A program made the position numbers and the translations under genes. A DNA stretch of 64,000 bases from Schizochytrium sp. TIO01 (lineage: Eukaryota; Protista; Bigyra: Labyrinthulomycetes): positions 1,402,747 through 1,466,746 of the forward strand of contig SMSO01000037.1 in assembly GCA_004764695.1 (NCBI GenBank). Direction: 5' to 3'. Numbering within the stretch: position 1 is the stretch's first letter; the number at the start of each line of letters is the position of its first letter. Positions 23,391 to 33,422 of the stretch are shown piece by piece. Below the pieces are notes generated by a model. It saw only the letters and a list, made by a program, of their open reading frames with translations, was not told where the DNA came from and did no database searches.

Positions 23391-24480
23391 CATGTTTGCA
23401 TTCCTTCTCTGAAATCCATGCGGAGATGAAGCAAGGGCACCCGCTGCTGTAACTCGCAGGCAGCAGGCCTCGTGCCATTTATTGTTCGTTGGCCCAGCAG
23501 GCGGCACGAGCCAGCAGCGGCGCGGGTGCCGGGAGGCGAGAGACGAGAGGCGAGAGACGAGAGACGAGTGATGGGAGGCACAGGCTTCTGCGGCTTCCTC
23601 GCGCTGGGACCTGCGATGTTCCTGGCGATTCCTGAGCTCAGGTTGGTTGATCAGAGCGGGAAACCGGTGAAGCTGAGATTTGCTCATGGTTGTTCCTTTT
23701 TGTTTGTTTTTGTGGTAACAAATTGAAAAGGAAATACAAAGTATTTTTATTTTTATTTTTTTTAATGTGTGTTTTTTTTAAATTGAGATTTAAGAATTAC
23801 AGAACTTCTGAAAGATTGCTTTTTTCCATAAGGATGGATGATTGATTGACTGATTGACTGATTGGTTGATTGGCTGATTGATTCGAGCCGGGACCATGAT
23901 TCTGCACATCATCACCGTGGTACTTCCACGCAACTCCGCCCTTCTACGCCAATGAGGTCGAAGGTCTGCAGCAGAAGGGAGGAGAAGAGGAGCGTGCGAT
24001 CTCTTGGCTGAAGATCTCCGTGCGTGCGTGCGTGTTTTTTCCCTTCAAGTTCTTCTCTCTTGTTTCCCAAAGTCATGCAATGAATGCTGTACTTCGCTCG
24101 CAGGACTAGAGTAACCCGTAGGGACCAACCCACCTACCCTACTGCCTACTCTCTGCACTAAACAAAGCCATTGAAAACACCTCTACTGCTATGCGCCCCT
24201 AAGCACTGCTACCTGAGCCAAAGCTGAGTCTCAGGAGAAGAAGTTCTTTCCTTCTCAGGATATACACAAGCTACAATGTTAAAATGTTGGGTTGAGGTTG
24301 GGGGCAAAACTCAGACAAAGCAGAACAACTGTCACCCACTCACTCACCCACTCACTCACTCACTCACTCACTTACTGCAGTCTGAGGCTGTCTGCATAAG
24401 CAGGCACCGACCGATCTATGTAGGCACCTCATCCACCGCCATGCGAGAGCAGCATTGAGAAATAAATTATATTCACTCAC

Positions 24481-24605
24481 TCATATTGAATTCATTCATT
24501 CATTCATTCATTCATTCATTCATTCATTCATATTGAATTCATTCATTCATTCATTCATTCATTCATTCATTCATTCATATTGAATTCATTCATATTGAAT
24601 TCATT
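24481..24605. repeat. (ATTC)n microsatellite with a 47-bp higher-order period
   Basis: The interruption TATTGAATTC recurs at 24484, 24531, 24578 and 24593. Confidence 0.9.
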
Positions 24606-25254
24606 TAAAGATAATAAGCTTTATTTTAAAAAGTAATGAATAAGAAGATAATCAGTTAGTATCACATCACTGAGCTAAAGAGAATTCATTCACAGTGATT
24701 GAATTCGTTTGGGCATTTGATCGATTGATCTCTTCTTCGTGCATTTGGCCATTCAGCCACTCACTCCCTCACTCCCTCACTCACTCAATGCCTGCGCTGC
24801 CTAGAAGCATGATAAGAAACAGGAGTGCTGTGGAGCGTGTGGATGTATGTATGTGCGCCCATGCACAGCTCCGACTCATCCATCAGATAGAACTGATCGA
24901 AGAAGTGGAACTGATGTTCTGTTGCTTTCTTCTCTGCTGTTTCGATGATTGATTTGCAGAGCTGAAAGGAAAGGAGCGAATCTGAGTGAGTGAGTGAGTA
25001 TTCAGAGAAGAGCCACGAACGAACTGTGGCGAAGGGTTATAAAGCAGCAGAGCCAAAGAACCTCAGCAGCGCTCGCCACCACAATGACGAGTGGGTCGGT
25101 GGACTTGATTGGGTTCGCATTTATGTGCGCAGACAACCACGCGAGTTAGCGCATTGGGTGTAGACGGCGGGTCTCCAATCAAGCAAGGTGATCCTCATCT
25201 TCTTTGCTTTCAGTCTACTCACTGATTGATTGATGATTACTAATCAAAAGTGCA

Positions 25255-25282
25255 TCTTCTTCTTCTTCTTTCTTCTTCTTCT

Positions 25283-25322
<40 letters not shown>

Positions 25323-25434
25323 TCCCTTTTTCTTTTCCCTTTCTCCCTCCACATAGAAGAGAGAGAGATAGATCAAGAAAGATAGAAGTTAGATCATACA
25401 AGTTAGTTAGATGATGATCATGTAAGATAGATGT

Positions 25435-25497
<63 letters not shown>
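25255..25497. repeat. Compound microsatellite: (CTT)n/(CTTT)n followed by (AGAT)n at 25436-25497
   Basis: Read directly. Confidence 0.9.
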
Positions 25498-25910
25498 TCG
25501 TAAGAGGAAGACAAATCAACGTCGTAAACCGCACGAAACTGAGAAGGAGTCAGGAACTTCAGCCATCAAAACGCTGACAACATCGCAAGCTCATTCAAAT
25601 AGTCACAGGCAATGGAGGCCACCGCTGGCTTCTTCAGTGCTGCGCTGGTGTTGCTGGATTTGCTGGATTTGCTGGTGTTGCTGTAGACGACAAGGAGGCG
25701 GATCGTTGGATGGTGACCATCATTCATTCATTCATTCATTCATTCATTCATTCATCTGTGGCTCTCTCTCTTCGATTGCCTCTTTGCTTTTGCGGTTTAT
25801 GACGATGATGAGAGCACGATGGATAAAGAAAAGACATAGCGCATAGTTATGGGTAGGACCTGAGTAGGCTCATTGATTCGACTCTCTTGGTCTCTCGCTT
25901 TGTCTCTCTG

Positions 25911-25912
25911 TT

Positions 25913-25956
<44 letters not shown>

Positions 25957-25957
25957 T
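25911..25957. repeat. (TTTC)n microsatellite
   Basis: Read directly. Confidence 0.9.
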
Positions 25958-26385
25958 GTTGTCTGTTTGTTGGAGTTCTTTCGTTCTTCTCTTTTGTCAG
26001 GACTGCCCTAAACAAACTGCCCAAGAATTGATTGCGAAAGGAGCACAATCGATCTCTCTGCATGCATACGTTTGTTCGCTCGTGATGGATGGCCTCCTCG
26101 TCGCTAGGGCTGCCACAGATCGATAGTCGGGCACATGCACTCATGAACCACGGGAGGGCCGAGGCCCGGGAGTAAGCTCGACGGAGAGGTCCACTCAGTG
26201 CAATCAGCAGAGCACTTGGACTGTTGAAAGATAGATCAACTGACTGATCGATGAGGAAGACTGAAGTAGAAGACGCAGACAGATAGATAGATAGATTTTA
26301 AAAATAAAATTAATAATACTAACAATGATAATGATAATGATGATGATAGTAACCATAAAATAGATAGCAATTCTTATTCTTTTTA

Positions 26386-26456
26386 GAACAAAATAAAACA
26401 AAATAAAACAAAACAAAATAAAACAAAATAAAACAAAATAAAACAAAATAAAATAA
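26386..26456. repeat. (AAAAT/AAAAC)n A-rich pentamer repeat upstream of the Ca2+-ATPase
   Basis: aacaaaataaaacaaaataaaacaaaacaaaataaaac... Confidence 0.85.
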
Positions 26457-26614
26457 GAAAGATAGAGTTAAACTTGAAGTTGGAGTTGGAGCAGTCAGTG
26501 TTAGCTGCTACTCTCTAGCTAGCTAGCGATCTAGAGAGGTTGCTCTTAAAGAGCAGAAGCGCAGAAACAAACAGACCTCGAACTTGAGAAAGGAAAGCCG
26601 CTCTCCGATCCAAG

Positions 26615-29600
26615 ATGGCGCGTGGTGAGGTCCGCGACGAGGAAAGACCTCTGCTTGGTCAGAGAAACAACTCTTCCTCTGCTTCGCAACAGCAGCAACA
26701 ACAGAATGGCGGCAAGTATGGGTCTGAGGACAAGAGAAACGGGACGTCCTCGTCTGGGAAATCGTACGCCAAGGCTGATGGGTATGAGCTCTCACCAGAA
26801 GGACTTGCAGATATGGTAGCTCACGCGCAGTTCGGGTTTCTTAAAGCATTCAAGGGAACCAAAGGAGTGGCGAAAGCAGTGAAATGTGAAGATACATCCC
26901 GAGGACTCGGCAAGAATTTTGACTTTGAGCATCAGCGGGAGAAATTTGGCTCCAACGGAATCGAGCTCCCGCCAAAACCCAATTTCTTCGCGCTTCTTTA
27001 CGAAGGTCTTCAAGATCTTACCATCCTCATGCTTATTGCATCTGCCATTGTCTCGCTTATTCTTGGCCTTGGCGTCGAAAGGGACTTTCAGCACGGCTGG
27101 ATCGAGGGTACCAGCATCCTCGTCTCCGTCATGATCGTCATCAATGTCGCAGCTGTCACGGACTACTCCAAGGAATCAGAGTTCCGCCAGCAGCAAGTAG
27201 ATCTCGACAACGACAAAGAAGCCCAGGTGATTCGTGACGGAGAGTCAACGAAAATCCACCCCCGTGACCTCGTTGTCGGTGATATTCTTCGCCTCGCAGT
27301 AGGAGACATCGTGCCTGCAGATGGTGTTCTGCTTGAGGGCACTGACATCCGCATGGACGAGTCAGCTCTCACTGGAGAAACAACACTTTTGAACAAGGGT
27401 GCCTTCAACCCGGACGATAAAGATCCAGCAAACCCGTTTATTGTCTCTGGTACCAATGTTATGCACGGCTCCGGCCGGATGCTTGTTGTGGCGGTCGGTC
27501 GTAACAGCATGCAAGGCAAAATTCTCGCTCGCCTCCGAGAGCAAGATGATGGCCTCCCAACCACAGCAAATGGAGGCGATGGAGACGACGAAGGCGACAT
27601 TGAGGAAGGCCGTGGTGGCAACAATCTGGAAGGAAGTTATTCAAGAAAGCAGGGCTGGTGCTCAACTTGCATGGATCTCTGCCGCCAGTTCTTTACCTTT
27701 GGTGGTGGGGATGATGGTGGAGACCTAATGGAAAAGCTTGATCAACTGGCTCTAGATATTGGTAAGGCTGGTATGATTGTAGCGGTCATTGTTTTCCTAG
27801 TCATGCTCATCAAGTGGACTATTGAACAATGGATCCAAGGAGGAGGGTGCGACGAGTTTACTAGTGCAAGTACTTGTACCGACTCGTGTTCTTGGGATGG
27901 CAACTCTTGTGTCCGCACATGGCAGACCTCTGACCTCGCTACCATTCTGCGCTTCTTTATTACCGGAATCACTGTCCTTGTCGTCGCGGTCCCGGAAGGT
28001 CTTCCCCTTGCAGTGACCCTATCACTTGCTATTTCAATGCGGCGTATGATGCATGATAATAATCAGGTCAAGCACATGGACAGCTGTGAGACCATGGGAA
28101 GTGCAACAACGATTTGCTCTGATAAGACCGGCACTTTGACAGAAAACAAAATGACGGTTATGCGCGCGCTCCTTGGTGGAAAGTCCTACGCCTACAAGGC
28201 TGGTGACAGTGGATTCAAGAATTTGGCCAAAGTGCTTGAGCACGAAAAAGCACCCAAAACCCTGTTGCAACGCTTCAGTGAAATAGCAATTCTTGACTCA
28301 GGATCTACCTCGCATGCCAAATGCAACAACGGTGAATGGGAGTATGAGGGCAACCCGACAGAGTGTGCACTTTTGAAGCTTGCCAACCAACTCGGCGATG
28401 AACCTAGTCAATTGCGTTCATCTTATAAGGAAGATGGTTCTGATCTAGACTGGGGCATCTATTCTATTCCCTTTAGTTCTGAGCGGAAAATGATGTCTTG
28501 GGTTGTGCAAGTGAAGTCATCCTCAAGTGATGGTGCAAAGTACAGGCTCTTCACAAAGGGTGCCCCAGCCCAAATTATGGATGTCTGCTCGAATCTAGCT
28601 ATCCAAGAGAAAGATCGTTTCTCAACTAAAAAACTTGATGATAACACTCGCAAGGAGTTTAATGATACTATGGAAGAATACCAGCAAGCAGGAATGCGTA
28701 CACTGGCGCTTGCCTTTCGTGATTTCAAGGATGCCCCCAGCGGTGGCTGGTCGTCGAAAACCGAAGCCCTCGAGCAAGATCTCACTCTTGTTGCACTAGT
28801 TGGTATTGAGGACCCTTTGCGTGAGTCCGTACCCAAGTCCATCGAAAAGTGCAACGCAGCAGGAATTGATGTGCGTATGTGTACTGGCGATGCGCTGACT
28901 ACCGCAATCGCTATTGCAAAGCAATGTGGAATCCTTCGCGAGCGCGATTTTGCTTCTGACGGTAAGCCCAAGCCGAACTTCGCAATGACCGGTGCAGAAT
29001 TTGATGAGCGCGTCCATATTAAAGATTCTAAAAAGGAACAAGTTCGCCGCAGAGTCTTCGACTTTGACAAAAATGAAGCATCCGAAGCCATGGCCGCCCC
29101 TTTTAAGCTCGATGAATCTGGAAACAAGATCATGGACCAGAGAAAGTTCGATGAACTTTGGCCAACTCTACGAGTTCTAGCGCGTTGCCAGCCAGAAGAT
29201 AAACTCGCCCTTGTGCGGGGTCTCCGAGCAAGTCGTGTGTTTATGAACTCTGCACGCTGTGCAAAGCTTGCCAAGGAACATGATATTCACATTTTCCCCG
29301 ACTACCAAGTCGTAGCTGTGACTGGAGATGGCACAAATGATGCTCCGGCATTGAAGAGTGCAGATGTCGGATTTGCGATGGGTATTGGAACTGAAACTGC
29401 CAAACAAGCATGTGATATTATCCTACTGTCCTCAAGTTTTGATGCAATTGTTGCTGCAGTATCCTGGGGGCGTAATGTTTTCGACTCCATTGCCAAGTTT
29501 ATTCAGTTTCAGCTTACAGTAAACTTTGCTGCAATTGTTCTGGCCGTGGTTGGCGCTCTGTGCTATAATGAAAGCCCCCTCAGTGCGGTTCAAATGTTGT

Positions 29601-30469
29601 GGATCAACCTTATTATGGACAGTTTGGCGTCTCTTGCATTGGCAACAGAGCTGCCAACACCTGAGCTGCTTGAACGTCCCCCGTATGGAAAACGCCGTGG
29701 TGTTATCTCTAGGGTCATGATTTTCAACATTGTTGGTCAAGGGCTCTATCAAATCGCTATTCAACTAACGGTTCTCTACGTTCCTCAAATCCTCCCTATG
29801 GATCCCCCTGTCCAGTATGAACCCAAGTCTGGATCACTCCACTGGACAATCTTTTTCAATATTTTTGTCATGTTGACCTTTTTCAATGAGCTTAATGCAC
29901 GCCGTTTACAGACTGTTGAGAATCTGCGTAACTCATGGACAGAGTGGAATGTCTTTTCTGGAATTTTTAGTAACCCTCTCTTTGTAGGCATTGTAACGTC
30001 CACTGTTGTGGCTCAAGTAGTCATTGTGCAGTATGGTGGGCGTGCTGTCAACCTTATTGAGGGAGGCATTTCTGCTCAACAATGGCTTATCTGTATTCTT
30101 ATTGGTGCTGGAAGTTTGGTGTGGCAGATTGTGATCAACATTGCCCTCGTGCTTACTACCCCTCGAGAGGACAAGGACAAGGCCGCAGACAAGATTCGAT
30201 CGTCATTCTCGGAACGTACGCCTTCAGAGGCCCGGGAGGGCGCCCTCAATGCTTGGGATCGTGTTCGATTGGACATGCGTTATGGTCGTATTTACGCTCG
30301 TGCATTTAGTTTGCCATTACACCAAGGTGTCAACCTCCAAAGTGTTTTGCAAAATGCACGTAATCATCGTAGACGACGCTTGTATTCTACGAGTAAATCA
30401 TCTGAAGCAATGCATGAGAGTTACCGCCGAATTGCTCGTCAACTTTCTTTTGAATTCTCTCAGAATTAA
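26615..30469 (+). CDS. P-type Ca2+-ATPase, P2B (PMCA/ACA type), 1284 aa
   Basis: DESALTGE, VVAVPEGLPLAVT, CSDKTGTLT (phospho-Asp), KGAP, TGD, GDGTNDAPAL, QFQLTVN and WINLIMDSLASLALATE. Confidence 0.97.
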   Translation: MARGEVRDEERPLLGQRNNSSSASQQQQQQNGGKYGSEDKRNGTSSSGKSYAKADGYELSPEGLADMVAHAQFGFLKAFKGTKGVAKAVKCEDTSRGLGKNFDFEHQREKFGSNGIELPPKPNFFALLYEGLQDLTILMLIASAIVSLILGLGVERDFQHGWIEGTSILVSVMIVINVAAVTDYSKESEFRQQQVDLDNDKEAQVIRDGESTKIHPRDLVVGDILRLAVGDIVPADGVLLEGTDIRMDESALTGETTLLNKGAFNPDDKDPANPFIVSGTNVMHGSGRMLVVAVGRNSMQGKILARLREQDDGLPTTANGGDGDDEGDIEEGRGGNNLEGSYSRKQGWCSTCMDLCRQFFTFGGGDDGGDLMEKLDQLALDIGKAGMIVAVIVFLVMLIKWTIEQWIQGGGCDEFTSASTCTDSCSWDGNSCVRTWQTSDLATILRFFITGITVLVVAVPEGLPLAVTLSLAISMRRMMHDNNQVKHMDSCETMGSATTICSDKTGTLTENKMTVMRALLGGKSYAYKAGDSGFKNLAKVLEHEKAPKTLLQRFSEIAILDSGSTSHAKCNNGEWEYEGNPTECALLKLANQLGDEPSQLRSSYKEDGSDLDWGIYSIPFSSERKMMSWVVQVKSSSSDGAKYRLFTKGAPAQIMDVCSNLAIQEKDRFSTKKLDDNTRKEFNDTMEEYQQAGMRTLALAFRDFKDAPSGGWSSKTEALEQDLTLVALVGIEDPLRESVPKSIEKCNAAGIDVRMCTGDALTTAIAIAKQCGILRERDFASDGKPKPNFAMTGAEFDERVHIKDSKKEQVRRRVFDFDKNEASEAMAAPFKLDESGNKIMDQRKFDELWPTLRVLARCQPEDKLALVRGLRASRVFMNSARCAKLAKEHDIHIFPDYQVVAVTGDGTNDAPALKSADVGFAMGIGTETAKQACDIILLSSSFDAIVAAVSWGRNVFDSIAKFIQFQLTVNFAAIVLAVVGALCYNESPLSAVQMLWINLIMDSLASLALATELPTPELLERPPYGKRRGVISRVMIFNIVGQGLYQIAIQLTVLYVPQILPMDPPVQYEPKSGSLHWTIFFNIFVMLTFFNELNARRLQTVENLRNSWTEWNVFSGIFSNPLFVGIVTSTVVAQVVIVQYGGRAVNLIEGGISAQQWLICILIGAGSLVWQIVINIALVLTTPREDKDKAADKIRSSFSERTPSEAREGALNAWDRVRLDMRYGRIYARAFSLPLHQGVNLQSVLQNARNHRRRRLYSTSKSSEAMHESYRRIARQLSFEFSQN

Positions 30470-30957
30470 TCGCTTCGCTTCCTCATTTTATCCAAGTATT
30501 TTGTCTCACTCTAAATGCTTTTGGTCTTCATCTTTTTTGAAAATAGTAGTTAAACAAACGATATAAATAGTTCTTCTGTTGCATCTTTTATGGTGCTAGC
30601 TGAGGTAATTTTTGTTGTTCAAACTGATCAAATCGTATAGCTGATGGTTTGCACATGTTCCTCAAAGTGTCTCTTCCACAAAAAGGTCAAAGACGTTTTA
30701 AAAAAGAAAGTGTATGCTATTCGCACTTGAAGTGAGACTAATGAGGGTCGTTCTCACCTTCATCATGGTAGCGAAGGAAGTAATTTGCCGAATAGCTACA
30801 TGAAGAGATGGATACCAATTTACATTCAAGAAACCAAAAAGTATCATCTTTGTAATAATTAGGGTGTCTTACAAAAGGGGTAAGCTCGAGAAAAAGAAAA
30901 CACCCTCTGTCGAGGTATATGATAAGTCACAATTATCTGTCACAAGCAAAGGGAACA

Positions 30958-32397
30958 CTAGTGTGACTTCAGGAAAGAGTGGACAATACTCTGAAGCGAG
31001 AGCATTGGATGTAGCCGCTTGCGACCGCGGTATAAAGCAAAAGCTGTGGCGTGAACCACAATCAAATAGATTACAAGACAACCAAATGACTCTGAGGTAT
31101 TAGCATCCAGTGTTCGCACTAATTGGTTACATAAACCCGTTAGTAGATTTGCAATCAAAAACACAAAGAGTTGGTTGAAGTTTACAGCCTCTAGAAGAGC
31201 TGCAGGACTTGAATCGACTCGCACTGGGGAAGGTAAAATGGCCTGTAGGATCAGTATTTGAACGAGAAGCATCTGTGTGATAGCAAGAGTCCACATGATA
31301 TATGACGGATTTGCTAACCTTCGTGAAATAGGCCCTGCCCAGCGCTCCATAATTGATGTCCCATAGAAGAGAACAATGAACAACCCAACTTGTCTTGTAA
31401 CAAAGCTCCGATCAAGTGTCACTTCCCCGATGCGCGGGACATGTTTTCTGCCGAGCCATACACCCATTGAAAACAGCGAAAGATACCCCAGGATACTAGC
31501 AACACCTTCCTTATTTTGGGAGATGAGATCAATTCGTGGGCCATGTAGGACCCAATTCTCCACACCAGCCTCCTTCAGAATGAAATGATGACCAGCGAGT
31601 AAAGCAACTCCCACGACGCCTGGCCGCTGTGAGAGGGGAAGTGGTAGAATTTTTCCAAAAAGTAGACTACTAAACAAAGATACAGCTGCAAGAGTGAAAA
31701 AAAAGTTCCAATGTAACCCGTATTCTGACACATGCTCCTGGTAATCAACACTCTTCACAAGGGCCAGTCTGAGAAGCCCAATCATTACTAGCAAACCAGT
31801 TGAGGAAAGAGTCTTTGAAAATGTCACACGTAATTTTGCGTACGTGTCGTTAAGGCCCAAGACAACTGCATTTGCAACGACAAAACCACCAACTCCAATA
31901 TCCATAAGACCTGTACCAAAAGTCTCAGTTTTTGCAAATCTTCGAGGGAAAATTTGAAAGTCGACACCAAGAATCGCAATACAAGTCATCATCATAAGAC
32001 CTGATCGCATTGCTGTAATGTGGCCAGCTACATGGTCTGCAACAAACTCATCCTCCTCTTCAACAACACCCTGCTGGCGACGCAATAGTACTGCTGTTGA
32101 AGCAGCTGCCAGAGAGAACGGAAGCCAAAAGGAAAACTGGGCTTTCCAACTCCCGTCTGCTGCAATTGTCATGCTTGCGAGCACAGGAAGCACAACGCAA
32201 ACAAATTCTATACTAAATCTTCGCCATGATCTTGGCAGCTTCAGCCTCAGAGCACTTGAGACTAAGGCAGAAAGTAAAACAGCGATAGGGAATATGCTAA
32301 TCACCAGGACAAGCTCTTCCTTAGTCGTACCTGACAGGTTGCTCACGAAGGCTTCTTGTCTTGACTTATAGTTGCTATCGTCATTCGCATCGTTCAT
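30958..32397 (-). CDS. PIGW: GPI inositol acyltransferase PIG-W/Gwt1, 479 aa
   Basis: EAFVSNLSGT, TCIAILGVDFQIFPRRFAKTETFGTGLMDIGVG, YQEHVSEYGLHWNFFFTLA, QNKEG, ISRRLAN and NQLFVFLIANLLTGL. A pyrimidine-CAG acceptor just 5' of the ATG hints at an upstream intron. Confidence 0.96.
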   Translation of the reverse strand: MNDANDDSNYKSRQEAFVSNLSGTTKEELVLVISIFPIAVLLSALVSSALRLKLPRSWRRFSIEFVCVVLPVLASMTIAADGSWKAQFSFWLPFSLAAASTAVLLRRQQGVVEEEDEFVADHVAGHITAMRSGLMMMTCIAILGVDFQIFPRRFAKTETFGTGLMDIGVGGFVVANAVVLGLNDTYAKLRVTFSKTLSSTGLLVMIGLLRLALVKSVDYQEHVSEYGLHWNFFFTLAAVSLFSSLLFGKILPLPLSQRPGVVGVALLAGHHFILKEAGVENWVLHGPRIDLISQNKEGVASILGYLSLFSMGVWLGRKHVPRIGEVTLDRSFVTRQVGLFIVLFYGTSIMERWAGPISRRLANPSYIMWTLAITQMLLVQILILQAILPSPVRVDSSPAALLEAVNFNQLFVFLIANLLTGLCNQLVRTLDANTSESFGCLVIYLIVVHATAFALYRGRKRLHPMLSLQSIVHSFLKSH

Positions 32398-33422
32398 ATT
32401 CTGAGGGACGCAAAAAACTATTTACCTCCTCCTTGATTCAAAGCCGGATGACTTTTGCGGCCGAAGCCGCTGCTCTGAATGGCCGGTGGAAGGACGGAGG
32501 AGACAGTGAAACCACAGAATCACAACCAGTCCAGCAAGAGATGATTTGTGATACCTAATGGATTTGCAACAGCCTATTCTTTTCATGTTTGTTTTCCCAG
32601 CTTCTTTTCTTTTACCTAGCTAGTACTAGAACTGTACAACACTTAAAATAAAATGCAAAAACAAAAACAAAAACATAACCATGTACGCTTATGAATGAGT
32701 AAATATTCGTTGTTACTATCATTACATAGACAAACAAACAACCACCGTGCTCTATATTCTCGCCATTCCTACTATCCTTTAGCTTGGGTTTTAGCTTGGG
32801 TTGAACCGCATCAAAGCATTTCACCCATGACCAAGCTCGTTATGAACTAAGTCTACCATGGCAATTTCACTGTAGACAATTTCTAACAATCTGTTGAAAG
32901 CAACGCTTGGTTTTATTTTGTTACAAATTTCATGAATGCTCAAAGATCTTATGAACTGCCAGTGATACAAAGATGAATCCTGTGACAAACTTCAGCTACC
33001 AAATCATATAAAGTCTAGACGCCATAGCAGCAGCAAAGTAGTTTTAGTTCTGTTCATTTGTCATGTAATATGCAGAAACGAATGCATGTGCTCTCTGCTT
33101 TATATTTGATCCACTTTTACCGGTAAAGAGTATTGATTAGAGTTTTCTAGTTAGAAGCGTGCGAACTTATAGCAAAATTAAAGAACAATTAATAAAACTT
33201 GCAAACTTCAGGTTTTATGTTTTGTCATGTTGATTGCGGGTAAACATGGATAATGTTGGTCAGCGAACAAAACTCAAAATTTGTACTTTTGGATCTAGGG
33301 CTAACCCTATGATGTCATATAGGGAGAACCTTACAGTCTAATGTATGTATCAAACAGGCATGATAAATTACACATAAAATCATTGAAAATGAATTGAATG
33401 TTACAAATTAGACCAACCAACT

